From: PVC group bacterium
GTDB lineage: Bacteria > Auribacterota > Erginobacteria > Erginobacterales > Erginobacteraceae
Direction of reading: 5' to 3'
Length of the DNA: 64,000 bases
Assembly: GCA_040773245.1 (NCBI GenBank)
Contig: JAXGWO010000011.1
Span: 9,227-73,226 of the forward strand
In this document: piece after piece, positions 35,934 to 46,634 of the stretch
How the letters are laid out: each line of letters opens with the position of its first letter
Numbering within the stretch: the stretch's first letter is position 1
The notes under the pieces: generated by a model
What the model was told of the DNA's origin: nothing
What the model saw: only the letters and a program-made list of their open reading frames with translations
Database searches by the model: none
Program-made: the position numbers and the translations under genes

Positions 35934-37049
35934 TCAGGGCCGGGGGCGGCTTCTTTTTCGCAGGAGGTCGAGATAGGCGATCTCCCCCTGGACCACCGCC
36001 ATCGCCGCCCGGACCCTCCGCTCGCTCTTGGTGGCCTGATGGTAGGCGATCCGGGGGAAGAGATCGGTCAGCCGGTGGATGATCCGGGCGGCCAGCAGGT
36101 TGCCTCCCAGCTTCCGCCGGACCCGGTGCCGGTAGGAACGCAGGGGAGCCTCCCCGGCCAGGAAGCCCGCCACCGCCTCCCCGGCCAGGCCGCCGCTGAG
36201 CAGGGCCGAGTAGATCCCCTCGCCGGTCAAGCCGTCAATCAACCCGGCGGCGTCCCCGGCCAGGCAGCACCTTCCCCGCTGGAGCCCGAAGGGCGGGATG
36301 CCGGAGGCCAGGGTTCCGCCCCGGACCTCCCCCCCCGCCGGCAGGCCTTCCCGTTCCAGGTAGGCCCGGAGACAATCCCGCAGTTTCCGGAAGCCCGGCC
36401 GACCCGTCCCCACCCCGACGTTGAGACAGTCGGCCAGGGGAAAGACCCAGCCGTAGCCGCCGGGGGCCGCCCCGAGGTCGAAGGAGAGCCGCCCCGATCT
36501 CTCCTCCAGGACCCGGTCCGGAACCCGGACCCGCGTCTCGATCGCGAAGCCGTAGCTCCGCCGCCGGTCCAGGCCCAGAAGCCTTGCGACCGCGGACCGG
36601 GCCCCGTCGGCCCCGACCAGGGTCTCTCCGGTGAAGACTCCCCGGGATGAGGAAACCCGGACCCCGCCGCCCCGGTCCTCGAAGCCGACCAGGCCGCCGC
36701 CCTCGATGACCTCGGTGCCGGCCGCCCGGGCCCGGTCGAGGAGCAGCCGGTCGAACTCCTCCCGCTTCACCACCCAGCCCTGGATCTCCTCCCCCCGGAC
36801 GGTCCGGTGGTCCTCCCCCCGCCAGGAGATGGTCAGCCCCCGGATCGGGGGGCCGGCTAGCGGGGAGAGGTCGAGGCCGAGGAATTCCTGGGCCTTGCAC
36901 GGGACCCCCCCGGCGCAGGCCTTCATCCGGGGCAGCGTCCGCTTCTCCAGGAGGAGAACGCTCAGCCCCGCCCGGGCCATCGTCTCGGCGGCGCTGGAGC
37001 CGGCCGGACCGCCGCCGATGACGATCGAATCATATCGTTTCGTATTCAC
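35934..37049 (-). CDS. geranylgeranyl-reductase-family FAD-dependent oxidoreductase
   Basis: 'DSIVIGGGPAGSSAAETMARAGLSVLLLEK' FAD dinucleotide-binding motif. 'CLAGDAAGLIDGLTGEGI' second FAD motif. ~370 aa. Confidence 0.8.
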   Translation of the reverse strand: MNTKRYDSIVIGGGPAGSSAAETMARAGLSVLLLEKRTLPRMKACAGGVPCKAQEFLGLDLSPLAGPPIRGLTISWRGEDHRTVRGEEIQGWVVKREEFDRLLLDRARAAGTEVIEGGGLVGFEDRGGGVRVSSSRGVFTGETLVGADGARSAVARLLGLDRRRSYGFAIETRVRVPDRVLEERSGRLSFDLGAAPGGYGWVFPLADCLNVGVGTGRPGFRKLRDCLRAYLEREGLPAGGEVRGGTLASGIPPFGLQRGRCCLAGDAAGLIDGLTGEGIYSALLSGGLAGEAVAGFLAGEAPLRSYRHRVRRKLGGNLLAARIIHRLTDLFPRIAYHQATKSERRVRAAMAVVQGEIAYLDLLRKRSRPRP

Positions 37050-37058
37050 GGGATCGGT

Positions 37059-38132
37059 TCAGGGCAGCAACGCCTTCCGGAGTTCGGGCCAGAGCCACTC
37101 CGCCAGCCGGCGGTGGCCCTCCGGGGAGAGATGAAGGTCGTCGAGAAACAGTCGAGCATCGTAACCCCCGTCTTCCGTCCGGAAAGCCGGCAGGAGATCC
37201 AGATACCCGGTCCCCAGCTCCCGGGCCAGATCCTCCAATCTCCGCTGGGGATGGAGAACGGTCTCCGGGTCGCCTCCCCGGTTGAGCGCTTCCAGCTGGA
37301 ACCGGGCGGGGACCGGAGCCAAAACCACGATTTTCTCCTCCGCCAGGTTCCGCAGCGCCGGTCCGACATCCTCCCGGTACCGTTCCCAGGCGCCAGGCAG
37401 GTATGCGGCGAGGCAGGTGTTGTTCAGCCCGGCCAGCGGCTGGAGCCCCGGATCCCGGCCAAAACCGTCACGGAGATTGCCCAGCCTCAGGTCGGTCAGC
37501 CGGGATTGGACCAAGCCGCCCAGCCCTTGCAGCTCGGCCGACATCTGGAAGCTCTGCTCGTCCCGCCAGACCCACTCGAAGCGGAGCAGGTCGTTGAGGG
37601 AGAAGACGATTACAACGTTGTCGATCGGCAGAGCGGAAAGGTGGCGCCGGAAAAACTCCAGTTCCTGGTGGGTCGACCAGCCGGGGCAGCCGGCGTTCAG
37701 AAGCTGGTGGGAGGCGCCGGCCGCTTCTCCCATCCGGGTGATGAAGATCTCGGCGAAGGCTACGTGCGATCCGTAGGCGACCGAGTCGCCGAGAAAGAGC
37801 ACCTTGCTGACCCGCGTGTCGGGGTTGAGTTCCTCCTCTCCCAGCAGACCGCGGCTGTTGGTGAGATGGAGGTCGGTGGGCGAGTCGTGGCGGATCCCCC
37901 GAAAACCGGGCTTCAAGCGGTAGGAGATGACGGGATCGTAAAGAAAGATCGAGCGGGGGTTGTAATCGAGTTTCCCGCGCAGCTCTTCCTCCCGTTCCTC
38001 GTCCAGCGGGACCCCGGAGGCCTTCCGGACCCGGTCCCGGATCAGCCGCCCGCCCAGGATAATCCCTCCCCCGATCAGGGCGACCATAAGGAACACGAGC
38101 AGCCGGTTCGGGATTTTCCGGTGTTCGTCCAT
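37059..38132 (-). CDS. membrane-anchored SGNH/GDSL-family hydrolase
   Basis: N-terminal TM anchor. 'KVLFLGDSVAYG' block I GDS(x) motif. Confidence 0.7.
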   Translation of the reverse strand: MDEHRKIPNRLLVFLMVALIGGGIILGGRLIRDRVRKASGVPLDEEREEELRGKLDYNPRSIFLYDPVISYRLKPGFRGIRHDSPTDLHLTNSRGLLGEEELNPDTRVSKVLFLGDSVAYGSHVAFAEIFITRMGEAAGASHQLLNAGCPGWSTHQELEFFRRHLSALPIDNVVIVFSLNDLLRFEWVWRDEQSFQMSAELQGLGGLVQSRLTDLRLGNLRDGFGRDPGLQPLAGLNNTCLAAYLPGAWERYREDVGPALRNLAEEKIVVLAPVPARFQLEALNRGGDPETVLHPQRRLEDLARELGTGYLDLLPAFRTEDGGYDARLFLDDLHLSPEGHRRLAEWLWPELRKALLP

Positions 38133-38153
38133 CGGGGGCGGCCCGGGCTCGGG

Positions 38154-38636
38154 TCAGTTCGGGGTGGGTCTCCCGGCTGGTTGCCGGCGGTACTTCTTCC
38201 ACAGGCTCCAGGCGAATACCGGCAGAACGATCAGCAGGGTGACGGGGAGGAAGCGGATCGAGTCCTCGGGCCAGATGAACCCCCAGGAGAACCGGCGGTT
38301 GGAGAAGGGGAAGAGCCAGGGGTAGCCCCCGGCCAGGTGTTTCTGCGCCGTGTCCATCAGGAAGTGGAGGAGGCTGCCGGAGAAGAGGAGCCAGAAGACC
38401 GGCTTTCTCTGGTCCGACCGGAAGAAGAGACTGGCCAGCCAGCAAAAAAGAAAGACGGCGACCGGGGCGTGCAGGCCGAGGGTGGCGGGGAGGAGCGGGG
38501 GATAAACGATATGGAACGGCCGGGTGATCAGGTCCGGGAGCATCGCCCCCAGGTAGAAGAACGCCGCGCCCCGGGCGATCTTCATCCCCCGGCCCACCAG
38601 GAAAGCCCCCGCGATATGCGTCACCAGGTCAGGCAT
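38154..38636 (-). CDS. membrane-bound metal-dependent hydrolase-like protein (DUF457/YdjM-like)
   Basis: 160 aa, 4 TM. 'MPDLVTHIAGAFLVG' N-terminal His motif typical of the family. Confidence 0.5.
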   Translation of the reverse strand: MPDLVTHIAGAFLVGRGMKIARGAAFFYLGAMLPDLITRPFHIVYPPLLPATLGLHAPVAVFLFCWLASLFFRSDQRKPVFWLLFSGSLLHFLMDTAQKHLAGGYPWLFPFSNRRFSWGFIWPEDSIRFLPVTLLIVLPVFAWSLWKKYRRQPAGRPTPN

Positions 38637-38664
38637 TGAAGGAAGTGACTTAAGTTGTAAGTGC

Positions 38665-39240
38665 CTAAAGTTTAAAGTCGTCCGACTTTTCCGCCGCGTC
38701 CGAAGTGTCCGGGAGCACCACCAGGAACCCTTTCTCCCGGCGGATGGTCCGCAAGAGGATGAAGCCGACCGCCAGGGTCGGAACGATGGAGAGGGCGACT
38801 TTCAGGCGTCGCAGGGGCGACCCCCGGATCGCCTTCAGCTCCAGGTATCCGGGGAGACGGAAGACCGCCACCGCCTCCAGGGAATCTCCCGGGTTCAGGT
38901 CGGCCAGCTTTCCCCCCCGGGGAAAGACGCCGTCAAAGTCTTCGGGGATGATGATCTCCAGCGGCCCGTCGGGCTGGGCGACCAGGATACGCCTCTCGTC
39001 GACCGCGATGACCCGGGGTTCGAAGGTTATGTCGATCTCCCGGCCGGCAAACCGTTCCGGTTCCCGGAGGCAGTCCGCCAGGACGGGGAACTGGTTCCGC
39101 CGGTCGGAGTACCAGGCCAGGAAGATGAGGAGGAGAACTATCCCCCCGATCTTGACGCCGCGATATCGGTCGGAGAACATAAGCCGGCCCGCCCGTCGGC
39201 GGGCGGTGTCGAGCGGTTGAGAAAGATTCCAGCTTGGCAA
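38665..39240 (-). CDS. hypothetical membrane-anchored protein
   Basis: Single TM ('IGGIVLLLIFLAWY') near the N-terminus. No family signature. Start may be the internal ATG (MFSDRYRG). Confidence 0.4.
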   Translation of the reverse strand: MPSWNLSQPLDTARRRAGRLMFSDRYRGVKIGGIVLLLIFLAWYSDRRNQFPVLADCLREPERFAGREIDITFEPRVIAVDERRILVAQPDGPLEIIIPEDFDGVFPRGGKLADLNPGDSLEAVAVFRLPGYLELKAIRGSPLRRLKVALSIVPTLAVGFILLRTIRREKGFLVVLPDTSDAAEKSDDFKL

Positions 39241-39437
39241 CCCGGCCGTAATCTACTATAAGAAGTTCAATTCAGTCAACCATCGGCCCCTCCCGCCGGC
39301 CACCCCGGCCCCGGCCGCCCGGTTCCGCGCCGAAGCGGATGCGGTCCTCCCGATACCGGTCTTTCCGGCGGATTAACTGGCGAGATGGGGAAAAAAGTAT
39401 TACTATCTCCACCGCCAATATCGTAAAAGGCTGTCAG

Positions 39438-40262
39438 ATGGTCTATCCCCAAGCCGCCCGCGGGAAACCCGGCCAGGATGCTGGAGAGGGAACCACGACA
39501 GCTGGCAAAGGAAGGTCAGAGGCAGAGTCGGTGAATAATCCCGTTCCGAAGCAAGACACCCTGATCCTGGTTCCGGCCCATAACGAAGGAGCCTCGATCC
39601 GGGGACTGGTCAGGGAGATCCGGGAGCTGCACCCGGAGATCCCGGTCCTGGTGGTGGACGACGGTTCGGTCGACGATACGCCGGCGGCGGCGCGGACCGG
39701 CGGGGCGATCGTGATCCGGCACCCCTTTAACCTCGGCGACGGGGCCGCCCGGCAGACCGGGTTCCTCTACGCCCTCCGCGCCGGCTGCCGTTTCCTGGTT
39801 CATCTCGACGGCGACCGCCAGCACTCGCCGGGAGAGATCGACCGGTTTATCACCGCCCTCCGCCGGGATGAGGCCGACCTCCTGGTCGGCTCCCGTTTCC
39901 TGGGCGAGTGCACCTATCCGCTCTCCCCGGGGAGGAGGATGGGGATGAGGATATTCAGCCTGATCTGTTCGCTGGTCACCCGCCAGAAAATCACCGACCC
40001 CACCTCCGGTTTCCGGGGGCTGAACCGGCGGGCCCTGAAGGTCTTCACCCAGGGATATTACCCCCAGCACTTCCCCGATGCCGACGTCATCATCTCCGCT
40101 CACTTCCGGGGGCTGCGGATCCGGGAGATCCCGATCACCGTCTCCCCGACCCACTCGACCAGCCTGCACCGGGGGGGCACGGTCTTCTACTACATCTACA
40201 AGATGCTCCTCTCCACCTTTGTCTCCAGTCTCCGCCTGAAACGGGACCAGATCAAATTCTAA
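39438..40262 (+). CDS. GT2-family glycosyltransferase (polyprenol-phosphate sugar transferase-like)
   Basis: 'LILVPAHNEGASI...VLVVDDGSVDDT' DxD-type GT2 N-terminal region. C-terminal TM segment. The track ORF's N-terminal 33 codons look non-coding, so start moved to ATG 39438. Confidence 0.7.
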   Translation: MVYPQAARGKPGQDAGEGTTTAGKGRSEAESVNNPVPKQDTLILVPAHNEGASIRGLVREIRELHPEIPVLVVDDGSVDDTPAAARTGGAIVIRHPFNLGDGAARQTGFLYALRAGCRFLVHLDGDRQHSPGEIDRFITALRRDEADLLVGSRFLGECTYPLSPGRRMGMRIFSLICSLVTRQKITDPTSGFRGLNRRALKVFTQGYYPQHFPDADVIISAHFRGLRIREIPITVSPTHSTSLHRGGTVFYYIYKMLLSTFVSSLRLKRDQIKF

Positions 40263-40273
40263 AGGGGGTTGCC

Positions 40274-40672
40274 GTGCCATTTAACCAGAAACTGCTGGCG
40301 GCCGCGATGGCGGCGGGCTTGCTGATCTTCATCATCGAGACGGTCCGGCGGAGGAAGCTGAGGGAGGAGTATGCCTGGCTCTGGGTCCTGATCGGGGTCA
40401 TCATCCTGGTTCTCGCTCTCTGGCCGGCCCTGCTCAGGCTGATCACCAACCTGCTGGGGATCACGCTCCCGGTCAACACCGTCTTCTTCTTCGGGCTGAT
40501 GTTTATGGTCTTCATCAACCTCCACTTCTCGGTCAAGATCTCCCTCCTGACCAACCAGGTCAAGCGTCTCTCCCAGGAACTGGCCCTGGCCGCGGGGGAA
40601 AAGCGGGATATCGACCAGCCGGGGAAGCCGGCGGCGGCTGAGGCGTCCGACCGGTCCGACACTTCCGGTTAG
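40274..40672 (+). CDS. small membrane protein (DUF2304-like), typical companion of polyprenol-phosphate GT2 enzymes
   Basis: GTG start preceded by AAAGGGGG. 3-4 TM ('LLIFIIETV', 'WLWVLIGVIILVLALWPALL', 'VFFFGLMFMVFINL'). Confidence 0.55.
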   Translation: MPFNQKLLAAAMAAGLLIFIIETVRRRKLREEYAWLWVLIGVIILVLALWPALLRLITNLLGITLPVNTVFFFGLMFMVFINLHFSVKISLLTNQVKRLSQELALAAGEKRDIDQPGKPAAAEASDRSDTSG

Positions 40673-40685
40673 GGAGGGAATTAAT

Positions 40686-42407
40686 TTGGAACCTGTCCGG
40701 GGCATCACCGATCCGACCGCTGGAATCCCCGTCTGGGTGACCCTTCTCTGCCTGGCCGTCCTGGTCTTCGGCATCGGGGGACGGGCGCTCTGGACCGCCG
40801 ACGAGCCCCGGGAAGCGGAGATTGCCCGGGAGATGGGAGAGGTCCTCCGGGCCCGGGCCGCCGGTGAGGTTTCTCCGGGCCGGTCTGCGGCGATTCCGGT
40901 CCTGGCCGGTGAACCCTTTGTCGAGAAGCCGCCTCTCTATTACTGGATCTCGGCCCTGATGATGCTGACCGCGGGGAGATTGATCGGTCCGGCCGCCGCC
41001 GCCCGGGCCCTCTCGGCCATCTCCGGCGCGGGGACGCTGGCCGCCCTCTGGGCGGTGCTCCGCCCGCGGCTGGGGAAGGCGGGAGCCCGGGCGTCCGCCC
41101 TGATCCTGGCGGTCACGGCCGGTTTCTTTATGGCCACCCACTGGGTCCTGATCGACCCGCTCCTGATGTTCCTGGTGGCCGCCGCCGTCCTGTCGACCTT
41201 TCACGGGCTGGACCGCGGCCGCCCCGCCTGGATCCTGGCCGGCTACCTCTCCGGAGGCCTGGCCTTCCTGACCAAGGGCTTCGTCGCCTGGGGCCTCCTC
41301 CTTCCCCCCGCCTCCGCCCTCGCCTTCCTCTATTTTCACGAGATAACCCGGCGTCCCCTGGTTCACCTCGCCGGGCTGGCGCTGTTTCTTGCCCCGGGCC
41401 TGGCCTGGGCGGCGGCCTTCCAGGCCGCCGCCGGGGATGAACTCTGGCGCGAATGGCTGGTCAACAACAACCTGGGCCGGTTCTCGGGGGATACCACCAA
41501 GTCCCACCTCCGGGGGCCCTTCTATTATCTGGGGATCGCCCCGCTCCTCCTCCTTCCCTGGACCCCGCTCTTGCTCGGCGGTCTGCTCCGGATACGGAGG
41601 AGGGAAGGAAAGACCGGACCCCGGAACCTGCTGGTCCTCTCCCTGGCCTGGGGGGTCGGCGGCCTCCTGTTGCTCTCCCTGGCCGGGACCAAGCGCGATA
41701 TCTACCTCTATCCTCTCCTCCCCGGTTTCGCCGTGCTGGCGGTTTTCTGTCTCCGGGATATCCCTCGCTGGGTGAGAGCGGTTTACAGTATCCTGACCGC
41801 CGCCCTCGCCGCCCCGGTGGTATTTTTCTCTTTCTTCAACATCGTCTTGAATGGAGAAACCATCAGGGTGGCGGGAAGGTTCAGCCTCCCGGTCCTGATC
41901 TGCTCCCTGGCCGCGCTATCCGCCCTCTATCTCTTCCGGCGCCGGCTCCTTCCCCGGGTTCTGGCGGTCAGCTCGGTCTTTTACCTGGCGGGGATCTTTG
42001 CCGCCTTCCCCGTGATCGACCGGGAGAAGAACTACGAACCGGCCGTCCGCCGGCTGGCGGCGGTGATGGAAGAGAAACGCGTCCGGGCGGCCGGCTGGAC
42101 CCTGGACGAAACCACCCGGGCGGTCTTCTCCTACTACGCGGGGTTGACCGTTCCCAACCTCTCTGGTAAGGTTCCCACGGATTCTGACCGGGAGAGGCTG
42201 GGAATGGTCCTGGCCGGCCGGGACGGGGAGTACGACGGGATACTGGTGCTTCTGAAGCGGGGCCGGGATTTCCCTCCCGCCGGGCTGCCGGCTCTGGAAT
42301 ATCGGGTGTTGGCCGAGGAACGGATGGGGATCAACCGCCGCCTGTTGCTGGTGGTGGGTGGAACCGGGGCCGGTGGCGATGCCGATTCCGATCCCGATAA
42401 CGATTAA
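40686..42407 (+). CDS. arnT: ArnT-like 4-amino-4-deoxy-L-arabinose (aminosugar) lipid transferase, GT83
   Basis: 'LWTADEPREAEIAREM' parallels the ArnT catalytic loop 'DETRYAEISREM'. 'EKPPLYYW'. >=12 TM helices. 573 aa. Confidence 0.75.
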   Translation: MEPVRGITDPTAGIPVWVTLLCLAVLVFGIGGRALWTADEPREAEIAREMGEVLRARAAGEVSPGRSAAIPVLAGEPFVEKPPLYYWISALMMLTAGRLIGPAAAARALSAISGAGTLAALWAVLRPRLGKAGARASALILAVTAGFFMATHWVLIDPLLMFLVAAAVLSTFHGLDRGRPAWILAGYLSGGLAFLTKGFVAWGLLLPPASALAFLYFHEITRRPLVHLAGLALFLAPGLAWAAAFQAAAGDELWREWLVNNNLGRFSGDTTKSHLRGPFYYLGIAPLLLLPWTPLLLGGLLRIRRREGKTGPRNLLVLSLAWGVGGLLLLSLAGTKRDIYLYPLLPGFAVLAVFCLRDIPRWVRAVYSILTAALAAPVVFFSFFNIVLNGETIRVAGRFSLPVLICSLAALSALYLFRRRLLPRVLAVSSVFYLAGIFAAFPVIDREKNYEPAVRRLAAVMEEKRVRAAGWTLDETTRAVFSYYAGLTVPNLSGKVPTDSDRERLGMVLAGRDGEYDGILVLLKRGRDFPPAGLPALEYRVLAEERMGINRRLLLVVGGTGAGGDADSDPDND

Positions 42408-42433
42408 ACCAAAAGGACAGGGGAAATTATATT

Positions 42434-43594
42434 GTGAGAGAGACTTTTCTTCCCTTCTCCCGGCCGGCCATCAATCAGGACGATATCGCCGGGGTGGTCG
42501 AGGTCCTGAAGTCGGGCTGGATCACCACCGGGCCGAAGACCGCCGCCTTCGAGGCCGCCTTCCGCGGGTACCTGGGGGCGGAATTCGCCGTCTCCCTGAC
42601 CTCGGCCACCGCCGGGATGCACCTGGTCCTGACCGCCCTCGACCTTCAGCCCGGGGACGAGGTCGTCACCCCGTCGATGACCTGGGGATCGACCGTCAAC
42701 CTCCTCACCCTCCTGAAGCTCAAACCGGTCTTCGCCGATATCGACCCCGGGACCCTGATGGTCACCCCGGAGACGGTGGAGAAGGTGATGACGGAGCGGA
42801 CCAGGGCGATCATCCCGGTCCACTTCGCCGGCGCCCCGGCCGACCTCGGCCGTTTCCGGGAACTGTCCGCCGGGCGGGGGGTGCTCCTGATCGAGGACGC
42901 CGCCCACGCACTGGGGACCCGTTACCGGGGGGAGAAGGTCGGGTCCCGGGGGACGGCGATCTTCAGTTTCCATCCGATCAAGAACATCACCACCGGCGAG
43001 GGGGGGATGGTGGTGACCGCCGATGGGGACCTGGCCGAGCGGGTCCGGATCCTCAAGTTCCACGGCCTGTCCAAGGACGCCTGGCAGCGTTACAGCCGGG
43101 AGGGTAAGGCCCAGGTCGAGATCGTCACCCCCGGCTTCAAGTACAACCTGACCGATATCCAGTCCTCGCTCGGCCTGACCCAGCTGGCCCGGGTGGAGGA
43201 GCTGAACCGGAAGCGGGGGGAGCTGGCCGCCCGCTACCGGGAACTCCTGAAAGACGTGGAAGGGATTTCCGCCCTCCAGCCTCCGGCCTATCCCCACCAG
43301 AGCAGTTACCATCTCTTCATCGTCTTCCTCGACCTCGACCGGGTCCGGGTCTCCCGGGACGAGTTCCTCGAGGAACTGAAGAAGAGGAATGTCGGGACCG
43401 GGATCCACTTCCGCCCGGTCCACACCCAGGAGTATTACCGCGAGCGGGCCGGGTTCAAGCCGGGAACGCTCCCGGCCACCGAGTGGGCCGGCGACCGGCT
43501 CTTCTCCCTCCCCCTCTTCCCGGATATGACCGACGATGACGCCGGAGATGTCGTGGAGGCGGTCCGGGACGCGCTGGAGGCGGTGCGGAGATGA
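42434..43594 (+). CDS. arnB: UDP-4-amino-4-deoxy-L-arabinose--oxoglutarate aminotransferase-like (DegT/DnrJ/EryC1 family)
   Basis: 'FLPFSRPAI' N-terminus. PLP-lysine region 'SFHPIKNITTGEGGMV'. 386 aa. Confidence 0.85.
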   Translation: MRETFLPFSRPAINQDDIAGVVEVLKSGWITTGPKTAAFEAAFRGYLGAEFAVSLTSATAGMHLVLTALDLQPGDEVVTPSMTWGSTVNLLTLLKLKPVFADIDPGTLMVTPETVEKVMTERTRAIIPVHFAGAPADLGRFRELSAGRGVLLIEDAAHALGTRYRGEKVGSRGTAIFSFHPIKNITTGEGGMVVTADGDLAERVRILKFHGLSKDAWQRYSREGKAQVEIVTPGFKYNLTDIQSSLGLTQLARVEELNRKRGELAARYRELLKDVEGISALQPPAYPHQSSYHLFIVFLDLDRVRVSRDEFLEELKKRNVGTGIHFRPVHTQEYYRERAGFKPGTLPATEWAGDRLFSLPLFPDMTDDDAGDVVEAVRDALEAVRR

Positions 43595-44577
43595 GCGCCG
43601 CCCCCCGATCGGTCTCGGTGGTCGCCCCGGTCTTCAATGAGCGGGAGAACCTCCCCGAGTTCATCCGGCGGACGGAGGCTGTCCTCGATTCCCTGGACCG
43701 GCCGGCGGAACTGATCCTGGTCGATGACGGCAGCCGCGACGGCTCTCCCGGGATTATCGCCGAGGGCGCCCGGCGGAGGCCGGGATTGATCGTCGGGATC
43801 TTCTTCAACCGCAACTACGGGCAGCACATCGCGGTGATCGCCGGACTGGAAGAGAGCCGGGGCGGGACGGTGGTCACCATCGACGCCGACCTCCAGAACC
43901 CGCCGGAGGAGATCCCCCGCCTCCTCGCCGAGGCCGATAATGGCTTTGACGTGGTGGGGACCGTCCGGACCGGCCGGCAGGACACCATCTTCCGGCGGTT
44001 CTCCTCGCGGGTCATCAACCAGTTCACCGCGCGGGCGACCGGGGTGAGGATGCGGGACTACGGCTGTATGCTCCGGGCCTACCGGAGGCCGGTGGTGGAG
44101 GCCATCCTGGAATGCCGCGAGCGGAGTACCTTCATCCCGGTCCTGGCCAACACCTTCGCCGCCCGGGTGACCGAGATCGAGGTGGCCCACGCCGAGCGCC
44201 CGGCCGGCCGGTCGAAGTACGGGGTGATGAAGCTGGTCAACCTCCAGTTCGACCTCCTGACCAGTATGACCACCTTCCCCCTGCGGCTGCTCAGCATCGT
44301 CGGGCTGCTGGTCTCTCTCTTCGGATTGTTACTGGCCGTCCTGATCCTGGTCCTGAGGCTCATTATGGGTCCGGAGTGGGCGGCCGAAGGGATCTTCACC
44401 CTCTTCGCCCTGGTCTTCTTCTTTATGGGGGGGCAGTTCATCGCCCTCGGCCTGATCGGGGAATATATCGGCCGGATCTACACCGAGGCCCGGGCCCGGC
44501 CGCGCTACTTTGTCCGGGAGAGGGCGGGCCGCTCTTCCCTCCCCCGGCCGGGAGAAGAAACCACCGGAGAAGGATAA
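43591..44577 (+). CDS. arnC: undecaprenyl-phosphate 4-deoxy-4-formamido-L-arabinose transferase-like GT2
   Basis: '[14 protein letters not shown]...[12 protein letters not shown]' GT2 DxD motif. Two C-terminal TM helices. Overlaps the aminotransferase gene by 4 nt. Confidence 0.85.
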   Translation: MSAAPRSVSVVAPVFNERENLPEFIRRTEAVLDSLDRPAELILVDDGSRDGSPGIIAEGARRRPGLIVGIFFNRNYGQHIAVIAGLEESRGGTVVTIDADLQNPPEEIPRLLAEADNGFDVVGTVRTGRQDTIFRRFSSRVINQFTARATGVRMRDYGCMLRAYRRPVVEAILECRERSTFIPVLANTFAARVTEIEVAHAERPAGRSKYGVMKLVNLQFDLLTSMTTFPLRLLSIVGLLVSLFGLLLAVLILVLRLIMGPEWAAEGIFTLFALVFFFMGGQFIALGLIGEYIGRIYTEARARPRYFVRERAGRSSLPRPGEETTGEG

Positions 44578-44578
44578 G

Positions 44579-46573
44579 ATGAAAACCGTCGTCTTCGCCT
44601 ACCATTCGATCGGCTGCGCCGGCATCGAGGCCCTCCTGAAACACGGCTGGGATATCCGGGCCGTCTTCACCCACCGCGACGCCCCGGGGGAAAATATCTG
44701 GTTCCCCTCGGTTGCCGGGCTGGCCGCCTCCCGGGGGATCCCGGTCCACGCGCCCGACACGGTCAATCACCCCCTCTGGATCGAGCGGATCCGGGAGCTC
44801 GATCCTGAGATCATCTTCTCCTTTTACTACCGGAAGCTTCTCTCCGGGAAGATCCTGGAGATCCCCCCGAAGGGAGCCCTCAACCTCCACGGCTCGCTTC
44901 TCCCGGCCTACCGCGGCCGCTGCCCGATCAACTGGGTGCTGGTCAACGGGGAGAAGGAGACCGGGGTCACCCTCCATTATATGACCCCCCGGCCGGACGA
45001 CGGGGAGATCGTCGCCCGGAGGGCCTTCCCGATCGGGGAGGAGGAGACCGCGAAAGACCTCTTTGTCAAGGCCGAGGCGGCCGCCCGGGAACTCCTTGAC
45101 GAGACCCTTCCCCTCCTGGAAGCGGGCACCGCCCCCCGGACCCCCCAGGACCCGGCCCGGGCCAGCTACTTCGGGGGGCGGAGTCCGGCCGACGGCAAGA
45201 TCGACTGGGCCCGCCCGGCCGGGGAGATCTGCAACCTGGTCCGGGCGGTCGCCCGGCCCTTCCCGGGGGCCTTCTCCTTCGCCGGCGACCGGAAGTTCCT
45301 GGTCTGGAAGGCCCGGGTCGTCCCCGCCGGGGAGAAGAAATCCCCGGGGACCGTCATCGCCTCCGAACCCCTGACCGTGGCCGCCGGCCGGGAGGCGCTG
45401 GAACTGCTCGAGGTCCAGCCGGGGGATGATGTCCCGATGGCCGGCGGCCAGGCGGCCCGGGAACTGGGCCTGGTGGCGGGGTCCGTCCTCGGCGAGGGAT
45501 CTCTTCGATCGCTCTGCCCGCCGGAACCCGTCCGGGTCCTGATCCTGGGGGTGGGCGGCTTCATCGGAAACGCCCTGGTCGAGCGGCTCCTGGAGGCGGG
45601 CGGTTACGCGGTCTACGGGATGGACCTCCACTCCGGCAATATCCGGCGTTTTCTCGGCCGCCCGGGTTTTCATTTCGTGGAGGGCGATATCTCCATCAAC
45701 CGAGAGTGGATCGAATACCACGTCCGCAAGTGCGATGTCATCCTTCCCCTGGTCGCCATCGCCACCCCGATCGAGTATGTCCGCGACCCCCTGCGGGTCT
45801 TTCGCCTCGACTTCGAGGAGAACCTGCGGATCGTCCGCTACTGCGTCCGGTTCAAGAAGCGGCTGATCTTCCCCTCCACCTCCGAGGTTTACGGGATGTG
45901 CTCCGACGAGGAGTTCGACGAGCACACCAGCAACCTGGTCACCGGGCCGATCCGGATGCAGCGCTGGATCTACAGCTGCAGCAAGCAGCTCCTCGACCGG
46001 GTGATCTGGGCCTACGGGGCGAAGGAAGGGCTGCGCTTCACGCTCTTCCGGCCCTTCAACTGGCTGGGACCGAGGCTGGACAGCCTCGACTCGGCCCGGA
46101 TCGGCAGCTCCCGGGCCATCACCCAGCTGATCCTCAACCTGGTCAGCGGGACCCCGATCCAGCTGGTGGACGGGGGCGGGCAGAAACGCTGTTTCACCGA
46201 TGTCCGGGACGGGATCGGCTGCCTGGAACGGATCATCGAGAACCCGAAGGGCCGGGCCGACGGGGAGATCTTCAATGTCGGCAACCCGGACAACGATGCC
46301 AGCATCCGCGAGCTGGCCGAACTCCTCACCCGGCTGTACGAAGCCCACCCGTTGCGGGAATTGTTTCCCCCGCCGGCCGGGATCGTATCCGTGGAGTCGG
46401 GCCGGTACTACGGCCCCGGGGGCTACCAGGACGTGGTCCACCGCCGTCCGGCGGTCAGCAACGCCGCCCGGAAGCTCGGCTGGAAGCCGAAAATCGGGCT
46501 GGAGGAGGCCGTCAGCTCCACTCTCGACTTCTTCCTCCGCGACGCGGCGGAAAAACTCTGCCTGCTGGTGTAG
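44579..46573 (+). CDS. arnA: bifunctional UDP-glucuronic acid decarboxylase / UDP-Ara4N formyltransferase-like
   Basis: N-terminal formyltransferase domain ('[12 protein letters not shown]...[12 protein letters not shown]'). C-terminal SDR decarboxylase with '[14 protein letters not shown]' Rossmann motif and 'YSCSK' catalytic YxxxK. Start at ATG 44579 is preceded by GGAGAAGGA. The track's upstream extension is rejected. Confidence 0.85.
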   Translation: MKTVVFAYHSIGCAGIEALLKHGWDIRAVFTHRDAPGENIWFPSVAGLAASRGIPVHAPDTVNHPLWIERIRELDPEIIFSFYYRKLLSGKILEIPPKGALNLHGSLLPAYRGRCPINWVLVNGEKETGVTLHYMTPRPDDGEIVARRAFPIGEEETAKDLFVKAEAAARELLDETLPLLEAGTAPRTPQDPARASYFGGRSPADGKIDWARPAGEICNLVRAVARPFPGAFSFAGDRKFLVWKARVVPAGEKKSPGTVIASEPLTVAAGREALELLEVQPGDDVPMAGGQAARELGLVAGSVLGEGSLRSLCPPEPVRVLILGVGGFIGNALVERLLEAGGYAVYGMDLHSGNIRRFLGRPGFHFVEGDISINREWIEYHVRKCDVILPLVAIATPIEYVRDPLRVFRLDFEENLRIVRYCVRFKKRLIFPSTSEVYGMCSDEEFDEHTSNLVTGPIRMQRWIYSCSKQLLDRVIWAYGAKEGLRFTLFRPFNWLGPRLDSLDSARIGSSRAITQLILNLVSGTPIQLVDGGGQKRCFTDVRDGIGCLERIIENPKGRADGEIFNVGNPDNDASIRELAELLTRLYEAHPLRELFPPPAGIVSVESGRYYGPGGYQDVVHRRPAVSNAARKLGWKPKIGLEEAVSSTLDFFLRDAAEKLCLLV

Positions 46574-46634
46574 CCTCCGGCCCGCTCTTAACCAGACCGA
46601 TCATTTCTCGATCGTGCTCGGTAATCGTTCTCTT

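Noticed and set aside
36039-38639. ORFs 36039..36650(+), 36235..36900(-), 37113..38639(+), 37468..38445(-)
   Set aside because: Off-frame or antisense to the GGR-family oxidoreductase and SGNH hydrolase genes. Arg/Pro/Gly-rich.
40259-42169. ORFs 40259..40774(-), 40560..41507(-), 41453..42169(+), 39516..40280(-)
   Set aside because: Shadow frames over the GT2, DUF2304-like and arnT-like genes.
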